DNA from: Zygnema circumcarinatum SAG 698-1b
Taxonomy: Eukaryota > Plantae > Zygnematophyceae
NCBI GenBank assembly: GCA_037447605.1
Contig: CM074812.1
Span: 1,860,001 to 1,924,000 of the forward strand
Direction of reading: 5' to 3'
Length of the DNA: 64,000 bases
Position numbers and translations under genes: made by a program
Notes under the pieces: generated by a model
Told to the model about the DNA's origin: nothing
Databases searched by the model: none
The model's input: only the letters and a program-made list of their open reading frames with translations
Part shown: in pieces, positions 23,833 to 34,611 of the stretch
How the letters are laid out: every line of letters begins with the position of its first letter
How positions within the stretch are numbered: position 1 is the first letter of the stretch

Positions 23833-24926
23833 GGCCGGAAGATGCTCTCGCAGCCAATACTGGCCGGGAAAAGGGCATTTTCCAATTTTTTGACGGCCGG
23901 ATGCCGGCCAGCCGAAAAAGTTGACGATGACGGCCGGCGGGGCGGTCTTCTGGAGATTTCCGAATCGGGACATGGCACGACGAATGGTAGCGGGCAAGAA
24001 AGTGTTCGTTTTTGATTTCGGGTACCGATTCTGCGTTATCGAGAAAATACGGCCGGCGGAAAATTTGTGGGAGGGAAACCTCGAGAAGGAGGCGGTTACT
24101 CGCCGACCAATGAACAGCCTGGATGGGTCTCAACCATTTAAAATCCGTACTTTGTGGAAGGGTTTTCTCACTACAGTACTTTACTGTATTGAGGAAGCCT
24201 TCGAGTACGGCTTCTTTGTTGGATGGTCCTGTCAAACCAGACATGTAGACGTACGGACGATTTACAATTTGAGTTTCATGTAGAAAGGAACCGCACAAGT
24301 AATTTAACTGCATCAGGACATGGAATCCAGTTAAGCGTTGAACGCATTTCAAAAAATACTCACAGTGATGTACCACCTTTGACTTTGACTTCTGGTCGTC
24401 GCGTGCTTTTGAACAGGAAGGAACGCGTCCCTGCGATGCTCGTACAACTTCCAACCGTCGTATGTGCGACTTTGTGCGACCATTTCAGCGAATCCATGTA
24501 ATCGCATGCCCTGCGACATTCCCTGTGACTAATGAGAGACCCATGCGACAGGTACTGCGACTTCCGTGCGACGCGTGCGACATCACCTGCGACGCAATTT
24601 CGGCCGATTTTCTTTCCTGGGCCTTTGACTCCCTCCTTTTTTTCTCAACTCCATCGCGAACCAAAAAAAAACAAATATCGGACCACTCAATTTCTACCAC
24701 GTGGACAACCTTGGACACGTGGCGCGTTGCCAATGGAAGTCGGTCTCCATGGGAAGGTGGCACCTTGTCCATGTCGCTTTCATGTGGGCATCCATTTTAG
24801 CCACCAATCTCCCTCTTCCACTCTTTCTCTCTCTGTCTCTCTCTCTCCCTCTCTCTCCCTCTCTCTCTCTCTCTCTCGTCCTTCAGTCTCCCTCTGGCAA
24901 CCCGCAGCAGCAGCCGACTCGCGGAC

Positions 24927-25996
24927 ATGGTGAGTGAAAGTTGATATAATAACTTTTTTCGGAAATTCGACGGAGAATATGAACGAGTGACTTCAGGAAG
25001 GAAGGAGACTTTAAAAAAAATTGTGTGATTCTAATGATATTTTTTTGCATTAATGCGAACGATTCAATACATTTTCGTCTCTTGCTATCGTCCCTTTCTT
25101 TTCACTCCGCTCTTCGACTTCTCGTCTACGCATCTCTCAATCTCTCCCTCACTCTCTCTCTGCCTCCTGCATCTCTCCCTCTCTCCCTGCCTACCTCCTT
25201 TATCTCCCTCCTCGCTATCCTCCCTCCTTTTTCTCCTCTCCCTCACTCTTTACTTACCTTCCCCTTCTTCCCTTCCTTCAATTCTACCCGAAGCCCCAGC
25301 GTCATTCCCCCTAAAAAGGAAGGAAAAAGAAACGCATGAACGAATGAGTAGTTAGGTTTTCTCTTTAGATTGTTCTTTACATTATCCATCGATTAAATTT
25401 AAGGATTTTGATCATTTTGTGCAGGAACTTATTCCTTTAAATGGCGAGCGCACTGCCCTGCTATCCTCCTCCCCCCTCTCTCCCTTCCTGGAGGCCTCCC
25501 CCTCCTCCTCCTTCTCCAGACCAAACATCGAAGAGAGGAAAAAACTACATTTTTCGCGCGGGCTGACTGACGAGCAGGTGGATGAAATCCGGCAGCAGTT
25601 TGACTTATTCGATGACGACAAATCAGGTGTGAAATTATTACAAATTGGGCCCGTTTTGGGTCCGTATAAATGCAGGGTTCCTGGCTTTTAGGGTTTTTAG
25701 GGTGGATGCGTGGGGGACTCAGATGGACCTATATTTGGGGATAGAGGAAATGCTGGAAATGTGAACTGTTGAAGAAACAATTAACTTTCTGTAAGGGGTG
25801 CCGGTCGCTTCTCTATCTTTCCTTTTCCTTTTGTTTTTATTTAACTTAATGACGTGTTTGCTTGAATACCATGTTAAAGATAATAACAGTGAAAGCGATT
25901 TGTGCTTGGTGTTGCCATGCAGGCACCATTGATGAAGATGAGATTCGAGGCGCAATGAGGTAGGAGGCCGCCTGAATGAGAGAACAGTGGTCGAGA

Positions 25997-26067
<71 letters not shown>

Positions 26068-27335
26068 GAGAGAGAGGGAGAGAAGGGGGGGGGAGGTGGG
26101 GAGGGGGGAAAGGGGGAGCGTGGCGGAAAGAGGGGGGAGGGGGACCGGGAAGCTTATTGAGGGCAGTGTGCCCACCAGGAAGCTTGTAACAAGGGAGAGA
26201 TTTAGAGCTTTTTTTTTTTTATTGTAAATGAAAGAACATGATAGGTAATTTCGTGATGAGTTTGAGGGTTGAGTTGGATCTTCTTCTGTGTGATCACGTC
26301 AGCTCTATGTACCAACTTTGTTTATTGGGGGGGAGGGTTCTGTATGCAGGGAACTAGGCTTCGATTTCAGTGACCAGGTAATCCTGCACACATGTCTCTC
26401 CCTCTCTCTCTCCCTCTCTCGCCCTCTCTCTTGCTCTGCCTTTCACCATCCCTTTCCTCTCGTCCCCTTTCGTTTCCCCAAGTCGGCGATGTTGAATGAT
26501 TGTTTGATCTTGAACCGAGAATGGATTCTTCAGCTGCTAATTTTTTCAATTCATTTCAAAAGTGAAAAGGCATCGAATGTGAAGGCCAAGGATTGATGAC
26601 GACCTTGACATAGAGGATTTGGAACTGGATGGTGGAACTGAACGGACAGGAATTCAGTCAGATCTTTACGAGCATGGACAGCGACGGATCGGGACAAGTC
26701 ACTTTTGAAGAATTTGTGAAGTGGATGACGAGTCTACATGGCAATAAATCTGTCCGAGAAGAAATACTGAGTCTCTATGACCAGTTTGTTGACAGTCGAA
26801 CGGTAAGAATTTACTTTGTTTCCTTGTTTTCAGGAACCTTACATCTAGGTATTCAAGATTGAACATGCGTTACTTCAGTGTTACTTTTGTTTTTTATTGT
26901 TTTTTTTTTTAATGGTACTATGTTTTTAAGTGACAATGTGGTCGTTGTACCCTTCTTTCTTTTCTATATGTGGAGGTTGTCGTTGCAGGGAAAAATTTCT
27001 TATCAAACTCTAAAACGAGGAGTCCTTGCGCTTGACGAATTTTTCCCGGAGGATGAGCTCCAAGAGATGTTCGATGAAGCCGACGTTGGAGGTGAGGGGA
27101 GAAAGAGTCCATTTCAGCCATTTTTCCTTCTTTAAAAAAAAAAAAAAAGCTTAACAAAACAGATATAGGATTTATAACTTTGTTTCAGTGTTTTTATCTT
27201 GTTTTGTTTTGTGTTTTTTTTCTACTTCTATTCATTCGAAATTCTTATTCTTCTTGATGAGATGTTGCAGGAGATGGGCAAATAGATGAAGAGGAGTTTG
27301 TCGCTATCGCAAAACGGACGGGACTGTTTACATGA
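24927..27335 (+). CDS. Divergent centrin-family EF-hand protein, 7 exons
   Basis: The ATG (24927) is immediately followed by a GT intron, as is typical of calmodulin/centrin genes. Further exons: 25425-25626, 25923-25959, 26350-26377, 26650-26802, 26989-27091 and 27271-27335. Motifs: [87 protein letters not shown]. Confidence 0.88.
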
Positions 27336-27496
27336 ACGAATCTTGTTGCACCATTGTGGCTCAATTTAAACGATTCAGGGTTTTGACGGTTTGCAACAGA
27401 GGAAGCTCAAGTTTACTTTTAGGGTTTTCACACACGTACGTCTGACGACAGCGAGAGGGAAGGAGTGAGAGGAGGTTGCAGCCAACGGCCTTGCGC

Positions 27497-27586
27497 CATT
27501 TGGCTGCATTTGGCTGCATTTGGCTGCATTTGGCTGCATTTGGCTGCATTTGGCTGCATTTGGCTGCATTTGGCTGCATTTGGCTG
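27497..27586. repeat. Perfect 10-bp tandem repeat (CATTTGGCTG)x9
   Basis: Nine consecutive exact units, read directly, downstream of the centrin stop codon. Confidence 0.97.
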
Positions 27587-28378
27587 AAGTTCAAAGTACC
27601 TTCAAGATGGTGACATTCCTCATAAGTCACGACAACGAAAAGAAAAAAATATTGAATTTTTCGAGCATGAAAGAAATTACAAACTATAACTGCCTATTTT
27701 ATTCACTTAATACATCTGCGCATAAAAAAGAGACCACGATATTCTAATGAGACAACGACAACATCAATCTTAAATTAGAGAAAGAGAGAGAGAGAGAGAG
27801 AATTTTTTCCTTGAAAATCAGCGGACATATGGAAAAAGAACGAACTAAACATAATATTTGCCTTTTGTCATTTCCATTTCCTTGACAGAGCATGATCAAT
27901 TGCCAAAATTCTTTTGCTGATGACCTTTATTTGATTTGCCCAGAAGCAATATGCTCGTTGGACCACTAAAAAAATTACGATTTTCGATCTTCTTTCACCC
28001 TTCCCCCCTCACCCCACCGCCGAAGTCCCACCAATATTCACACCCACCACCTCCAACGGCTCGAACTTGACACCTATGTAATCAGGGACAACGAGAAAAG
28101 GTGCTAAAAAAAACCCTAAATCCGACTACAGTTCAGATTAAGATCCAGGTTTCTGAGAGATTTTTCAGTTTTCTACAAAAAACCTTCAATTTCTTCTCCC
28201 GAACTAGACACTCCACTTCCCTCGTCTTCGAAGGGGGTCGAAAGTAGCGTGAAAAATGCTGCATGTTTTCCGAAACAAACTTGTGGTTGGGAACTGAATT
28301 CTCCAGTTTGTTTCATAATTCAGTTTGAGACTTCGAATTTATTGAGCCCCACATTTTCATAATTCGTTCAGAAATAGT

Positions 28379-30072
28379 TTATGAATTCGCAGAAACAGTT
28401 CCCCATCCTTCACCCCAGTCGTCCCAGTTATCATTGGAGGGCCTGATCGTTGACTTTGACTTTGAGTTTCCTGCAAACCGATTAGTGGAGGAGGCGGCCT
28501 CTCTTCGGCACGTTTCCGCAAGCTTCGGCGCCTGCAAAACAAAGAAAAAACTTCAGCTATGAGATATTTTCAAATGAATAGGAAATATAAATATACATAG
28601 ATATATCAGGAAATCATCACGACAAGGTGAATCTGACCCATTTTGAGAACCCTGAAGAACCGAAAGGAAAGAGTGAGAACAACACGAAAATCCCTAAAGG
28701 ACGCTCAAGGAAAGAAATACAGTGATCCGTACAAAGAGAAAAACAAGAATTCTGCAAAAGAATAAATTAATATAAAATAAATTACCCGAGGAACCCTCTT
28801 TGGAGGAAGAGGCGGAGGATTCCACTGCCTCCCTTCCGACAAGGCGGAAATTTTCTCTCGATATAATTGGCACGCCTTCGTGTTATACTTCTCAGCAATC
28901 GTTTGATTTTCAGGCTCATCGCCGTCTCCATACCGATCCAAAAAATCGGACAGAGCAGCATTGCCTCCCACCTGAGGAAAGAGGAGCACTGAGTCAGATA
29001 CTGTGCACCTCTCCCTCATTAGCTCTTCAGTGCGAGAGAGAAAGAGAGGGAGAGAGAGACACCTATTCACACCCACTCCTCACAGAACTCACTCTCCCGC
29101 CTTTCCGAGCTCCATCCTCTGCCCTCTCTCACCCATTCTATTCTCACCGACTATCACACCCCCATATCCTCCTTCCCGTCATAACACCCCCATTCCCCTC
29201 TCCCTCCCCCTCCGTTTCATTCTACTCCAGATACCAACCTTATCCCAAACTTCCCAGTCCTTACCCCTCCCACGCAGCCATTCCCGTCCTCGGCCCTTCC
29301 CTCGCTCCCTCCTCCCGTCCCCTCCCCTCCACCTTCCAACTTCCCTCCAACATCAACCGCCCATCCCTCCCTTCCCTCTCCTCCCCTCCCTCCGGTACCA
29401 CCCTTTCCTCCCCTGCCCTCCCTCCCTCCACGCCCTCACTACCCTGCCACACATCCCTCCCCTCCTACGCCCCTCCTCCCTTCCCCCCTGACTCCAAGAG
29501 CACCCTCCTCACTCCTCCCCTGCACTCTCGTCCCCACTCCTCCCCTCCCCTCCCCACTCTTTCCCTCCCCAATCCTCCCCTCCCCTCCCCACCCCTCCCC
29601 TCCCCACTCATTCCCTCCCCAATTCTCCCTCCCTTCCCCACTCCTCCCCTCTCCACTCCTCCCCTCCCCTCCCCACTCCCCCCGCCTCCCCTCCCACTCC
29701 CGTCCTTTCCCCACTCCTACCCTTCCCTTCCCTCCCCAATCCTCCCCTCTCCTCCCCACTCCTCCCTCCACTCCCTTCCCTCCCGCCCTCCAACCCCTCC
29801 CTCCACCTCAATCTCCCAGTCCAATTCCCCCTCGCACTGACCTCCATCCTGCGGACCTGCGCGGCGCTCCATGCGTCCATCCCGACGCTCCGCACGAAGC
29901 TGACGTGCACGCCGAGCGCGCGGTGCGCGCCGGAGCAGTCGAGGCAGAGGAAGGCGCCGTGCGTCACGGAGGCCCACGCGGGGTTGCGCGCGCGGCAGTC
30001 TGCGCACACCCTGTTGCCGCCCTGCGCCTGCGCCGTCCGCAGCCGCCGGGCCAGCGCCGGCTCCGTCGCCAT
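28379..30072 (-). CDS. ADP-ribosylation factor GTPase-activating protein (ArfGAP1/AGD6-7 type), about 189 aa, 3 exons
   Basis: Exon 30072-29842 carries the CADC-x16-CLDC zinc finger with [22 protein letters not shown]. Exon 28971-28786 reads [10 protein letters not shown]...[14 protein letters not shown]. Exon 28531-28379 ends ...[18 protein letters not shown]. Confidence 0.92.
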
Positions 30073-31290
30073 GGCTGCCGGGGAGAGGAAGCGGGAGAGG
30101 GAGAGGGAGAGGGAGAGGGAGAGGGGGGGCGAGAGGGAGAGGGAGAGGGAGAGGGAGATGGGGGGGGAGAGGCAGGGGAAGTGGAAGAGTGGGAGAGGGA
30201 GGGGGTGAGTATGGAGAGCGTTCAAACCCTAACGGCGTCGACGACGGTCAGTGAGAGCACATCGAACAGGCCTCTTTCAGCCGTCCGATTGGACAGACAC
30301 TGCACTGCGACCGTCCGATCGACCTGCGGCTGCGGGCGGCGACCGGGGATGTTTGACCAGGAATTCCGCACACGTATGAGAAACGACGGCCGTCCGATTG
30401 CAGCCTGTCAGTGATGGACGGCAGAGACTGCTTCAGTAGCTGAACGGGCGCATTTGAGGAGGTGCGCTGTGCGCCGTTAGATCGGGGAAGAGGCTGTGAT
30501 CGACGGTGAATATTGATCTGAGATGTCGGTTGGCGTCCTGTCACGGATCGGACGGCGGCGACGGCCGGAGCACACTGACGGAGTAGCGGTCAGCCGAAAC
30601 GGGCAATAAGAAAATGTATTTTCTCTGCCCTAATATTCCAATGCTCCTCAAACTGAAATTTCATTGGACCGTAAAATTTTGAACCAACGGGTGAAAGTTT
30701 TTCAAGATATTTTATCCGACCCGCAAAAAAAAAGTTTTCGGTTATTGAACGGTCTGGGAGTGCTACGTGACGGAATGTTGAGCTGGCGAATGTAAGAACT
30801 CAGAAACGACAAAATTATTAAATGTGTGCTTGAATTTTGTCGTTTTGTAAATTTCCCAGATTTGTCGTTTTAGGGACAGCGAGAATCTCGGAATTCAATT
30901 TCCATTAATGGGCGAGATCAACGGCAGAGAAAAGGGCGATGGCCGGCCGGCAGACAAGGCGCCGGTGGCGAAACCGGCAGCTTCTAGCCGTACAGCCGAT
31001 ACGTCTGCGATTTAGCGATATATCGCAATTTCCGGTTAACGCCCTGTCGCCCCAAGCTCCAGCGAGTCAAGCTCGACTGCCCGGAAACTGCGTCACCCAG
31101 TTGTCGGTGGCTCCTGATTGGCTCGTTCGAGGCGTTTTTGGCGGCCCAAAAAATTCTTTTGAAGTGCCCGTTCCAACGGGCAACAGTTTGCAAAAAATAA
31201 AATAATGGGAACTCCGAATTCCAAAACTCGTAGAAATTCGTAAACGAAAATTGTCAGAATTCGTTGCCGATATCTCGACAAGTTATATCA

Positions 31291-31540
31291 TGCCACGTGG
31301 AAAAAACAGCTGTCGACCGCTCTCAGAACTAAGCACGTGGCAGCTGCACTTGATTCGATTCGTCCGAGCTCGCCGGCAACTCTCAGAAGTGACCACGTGG
31401 CAGAAATGCTCGATTCTTATTGGTCCAGTCTGGCGGAAAAAAATTGGAGGCTTCCTGACAGGCGCAGTCTTGACGGCGGTTTGTCGGTGGCCAATCAAAA
31501 AGCTCCGCCAGGGCGGGAACCAATCAGTGACACGCTTTAC
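31291..31540. promoter_or_regulatory. Cluster of three G-boxes (CACGTG) with CCAAT-type boxes
   Basis: CACGTG at 31294, 31334 and 31394; ATTGG at about 31420; CCAATCA at about 31490 and 31521. Similar modules lie upstream of most genes in the window. Function is inferred. Confidence 0.5.
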
Positions 31541-32452
31541 ACTTGCCCATGAATTTCCGGACCGACAGTACGGCAGTAGCCATTCCCTCCATCGCACGAT
31601 CGCGCGGATTTGCATATGACGGTCGCAGGACTTCTCAGACCCAAACTCAAGATAAAGAAAATCGACGGCGCAGAGCTGTCCATTGCGCGCATTTTTAGGC
31701 ACGTAAATCGGACGGTCGTCATAGAAAGGATGTGACATTTGATCTCACGATGGCGATGATGCCATCAAATGTAACATGGCCAAAACCATCATGGGGAAAC
31801 GAGGAACTGAGCGCAAAGGCCCTAAGCACAAACGAAAAAAGCTAGGAGCGGAAACCTACGCATAGGCGCAACAACTCTTCAAGACCTCGAAGCAGTCGCC
31901 ATCCATTTGTCACGCTCGTCCCAAATCGACGGTCAGGGCCTTCCTTGGACCATCGCATATGCAAAGAATCGACGGTCGTGAGCGCTTCGCCACACTTGCG
32001 GCTTGCAGTAAGGCCGCCGTCGATACCTCATCAAATCGACGGTTGAGAGTCCTCCGATCCTTCGATTCGCACTCAACGGAACTGTGAACAGTCCGCTATT
32101 AACTTTATCAAGTGTTACCAAAGGATAAAGTGAATGAGAAAAATGGAAAATGACATAGTCACAACTATTTGTCTAAATACACACCTTTTTTAGCAGGTCA
32201 GATTATATCTTCAGGGTTTTTATGGTATTGGGTTTTTTTAAAGGTGTGTATCTAGACAAAAAAGGTGTATAAATATTAAATTCCTTTATTTGTACATGTA
32301 TTTTTCTTGAAGTCATGTAAGCGAGCACATATTGTACAGACCCTACATCCCCCAAAACTCGACTAAATTACAAAAAAGAAAAAAAATGAGCAGAAATATT
32401 TCGAGCAACCCTACAGAGAAGAAGACCCTCTCTTCTCCTCTCCACATTCGCA

Positions 32453-33572
32453 TTATTTTTTTCTCAAAGTTATTTTCAGTTTCTTCGGAGCGGCAGTGCT
32501 CGCTGCGGGGGACTCCGACGACCTGCTGCTATATGCTGCGAACGGTAACTGCACGTTCCCTGTGACGCTCCCTCCGTTGGCCTCCACCCCGCCCCCCTCC
32601 TCACTCAATACCTGCTTCTCTTTTCGCATCAAAATTGAAGTTTTTGCTTTTTTAGACTCAATCTCCGTACTGCCGCCCTCGCCGACGTAGCTGGAACTGT
32701 TTCTATGTGGAAAATTTGGGACCAGTTCGTCGTTTAACGGAACGGATGTTGGTGCAGAAATCGGCGGCTCTTCTTGAACCGTTGCAGCAGACGGAGGAGC
32801 ACTCGCTGTAAAAGCGCCACATGGAACACGCCGTAATTTGGACAAGAGTTAGAACGGAACTGCAGAAAACTGAGCGCACACGTGCAAAGAACCACTTTCC
32901 AACAAAAAGAAAAACTAAAGGAAAAACGTAACTGACTGCGTGCACATGGAAACCAGCACCTTCATTCATCACGTTGAAAAAAACATGGAGCTGCAATTTT
33001 CGGGGTTAAGGGGATGTGAAGGGCATGAGGGTTTTGTGGTTAAGAATTTTGCGTATAATTAGGGTTTAGGGTTTTGAAAGATGGGTTCAGAGTTTACTAG
33101 TGTTTGGAGTTTAAAATTTACCAGAGTAATAGAGATTATTAGGGTTTAGCGTATCAGAGATTATTAAGGTTTAGGGCTTTAGAGATTACTAAGGGTTTAG
33201 GGACTTAGAGATTGATTCAATTGAAACTACTGGGGTTTAGGCTTCAGGGTTTAAGTTTTAGAGTGCAGAAAAAAGGGTTCAGGGTTTAAGTTTTAGGGTT
33301 TAGGATTTTTTGAAGGTGTGAGGGTCTACCAAGAATCAATGTTCGAATAAAGTCGTCGGTTGTCACGTCACAGGCGGTTTCCCGCCGGTTGTTTTTCACT
33401 GTCACGTCGCATCCTGCAAAGGAAGTAGGGGGTTCAAATTGGAAGTTTGGTTCAAAATGAGGTAAAGAATGATTCCAATTTCACTCTTTCAATGGTAAAG
33501 GCTCCATATCATCATAAACTTTGAATGCCTGGAGAGTTAATTGCTCACTCTCACTCTCTCTCTCTCTATATT

Positions 33573-33611
<39 letters not shown>

Positions 33612-34611
33612 CTCTCTCTCACCTGCTGACAGAAGCACTTCCACCAATTGCTCTTGATTAGCCTTCGCAGCCCATAACAGAGGAGTGTCTCCATGCTGCA
33701 AATTTCCGTTCCGTTTAAATTTTCAACCCCCTCCCAAACAAATCAATTCCATTACTGCTGTCTTTCCCCGAGCGAGGAAAAGCCAGAAAGGAAGAGGCAA
33801 GGAGGGTGGGAGAGGGAGAGAGAGGGCAGGGAGAGGGAGTGGGAGAGAGAAGCAACAGGAGAGCTATCGAGAGTGCTAGTTTCTTGGCTTAATTTATCGG
33901 GTTGAAGGCCCAAAGCTGACCTTAGTCGTGGTGTTAATTTCCGCTCCGTAATCCAAAAGGAGGAGAGTCGCTTCCATCCATCCTCGATCGCAGCACCAAT
34001 GGAGCGCCGTTCTATGGGCGGAATTCCAACATAGAAACCGCGGAACAACATACAAGACACCCACAGAAACTGAAGAAAATCAGGACAGAAGACCCTTCAA
34101 AGAATTTGCGCACAGTTGGAGGAAGTTTGGAGGGAGAGGGGGAGAGTGAGCTGGAGGTAGAGGGGATGTGTGAGAGAGAAGGGGGGAGGGATAGTGGGAG
34201 AGGGAGGGGGAGGGGGGGGGTGGGAGGAGAAGGAGAGGTAGAGGGAGGACAAAGGGGCAGGGGAGGAGGGGAGGGAGAGGGAGAGGGACAGGGAGAGGGA
34301 GGGAAAGTGGGTGAGGGCAATCACCTTCCCCAGTCATCCTTCCCATTAACATCCGCCCCACTCTCCAATAAAACCTTCACAGCTTCCGCGTTTCCAATCT
34401 CCTTACAAATGAGAGAGAGGGGAGTCCGCCCAAAACTGTCGTTTGCGTTCGGATCGGCTCCCGCACTCAACAGCAGCCGGAGACTATTTAGTTCTGGAGA
34501 TTTGAATTCTTGCAATTGGCAGACAATGTGGAGGGGGGTCCTCCCAGGGCCGTCACGGGTGTTCGGATCATCGCCCGGTTTCCATGTGAGCTTCAGTGCA
34601 GCTGGTTCCAT
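32453..34611 (-). CDS. Ankyrin-repeat protein with low-complexity, basic-ended C-terminus, 5 exons
   Basis: Exons 34611-34325 (GRTPLHIVC, GADPNANDSFGRTPL, GADVNGKDDWG), 34011-33921 (RTALHWCC..GAEIN), 33695-33623 (GDTPLLWAA), 33413-33330 (GCDVTVKNNRRETA) and 32805-32453 (ends KKLKITLRKK*). Phases are consistent. Confidence 0.88.
33061..33304 (+). repeat. Degenerate interstitial TTTAGGG telomere-like repeats in the last intron of the ankyrin gene
   Basis: Multiple gggtttaggg / gggtttaag / gggttcaggg units separated by AT-rich spacers. Confidence 0.7.

Noticed and set aside
27497-27586. 10-bp tandem array considered as CRISPR-like or as a coding repeat (MQPNAAKCSQ)
   Set aside because: There are no spacers, the context is eukaryotic, and the ORFs exist only because the repeat lacks stops.
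28800-29840. 346-aa Pro-rich plus-strand ORF
   Set aside because: It is antisense to ArfGAP intron 1 and arises from a pyrimidine tract.
30804-30845. 13-bp perfect inverted repeat with a 16-nt loop
   Set aside because: It is AT-rich, short and without TSD or further copies, so not distinguishable from background; rho-independent terminator logic does not apply to a eukaryote.
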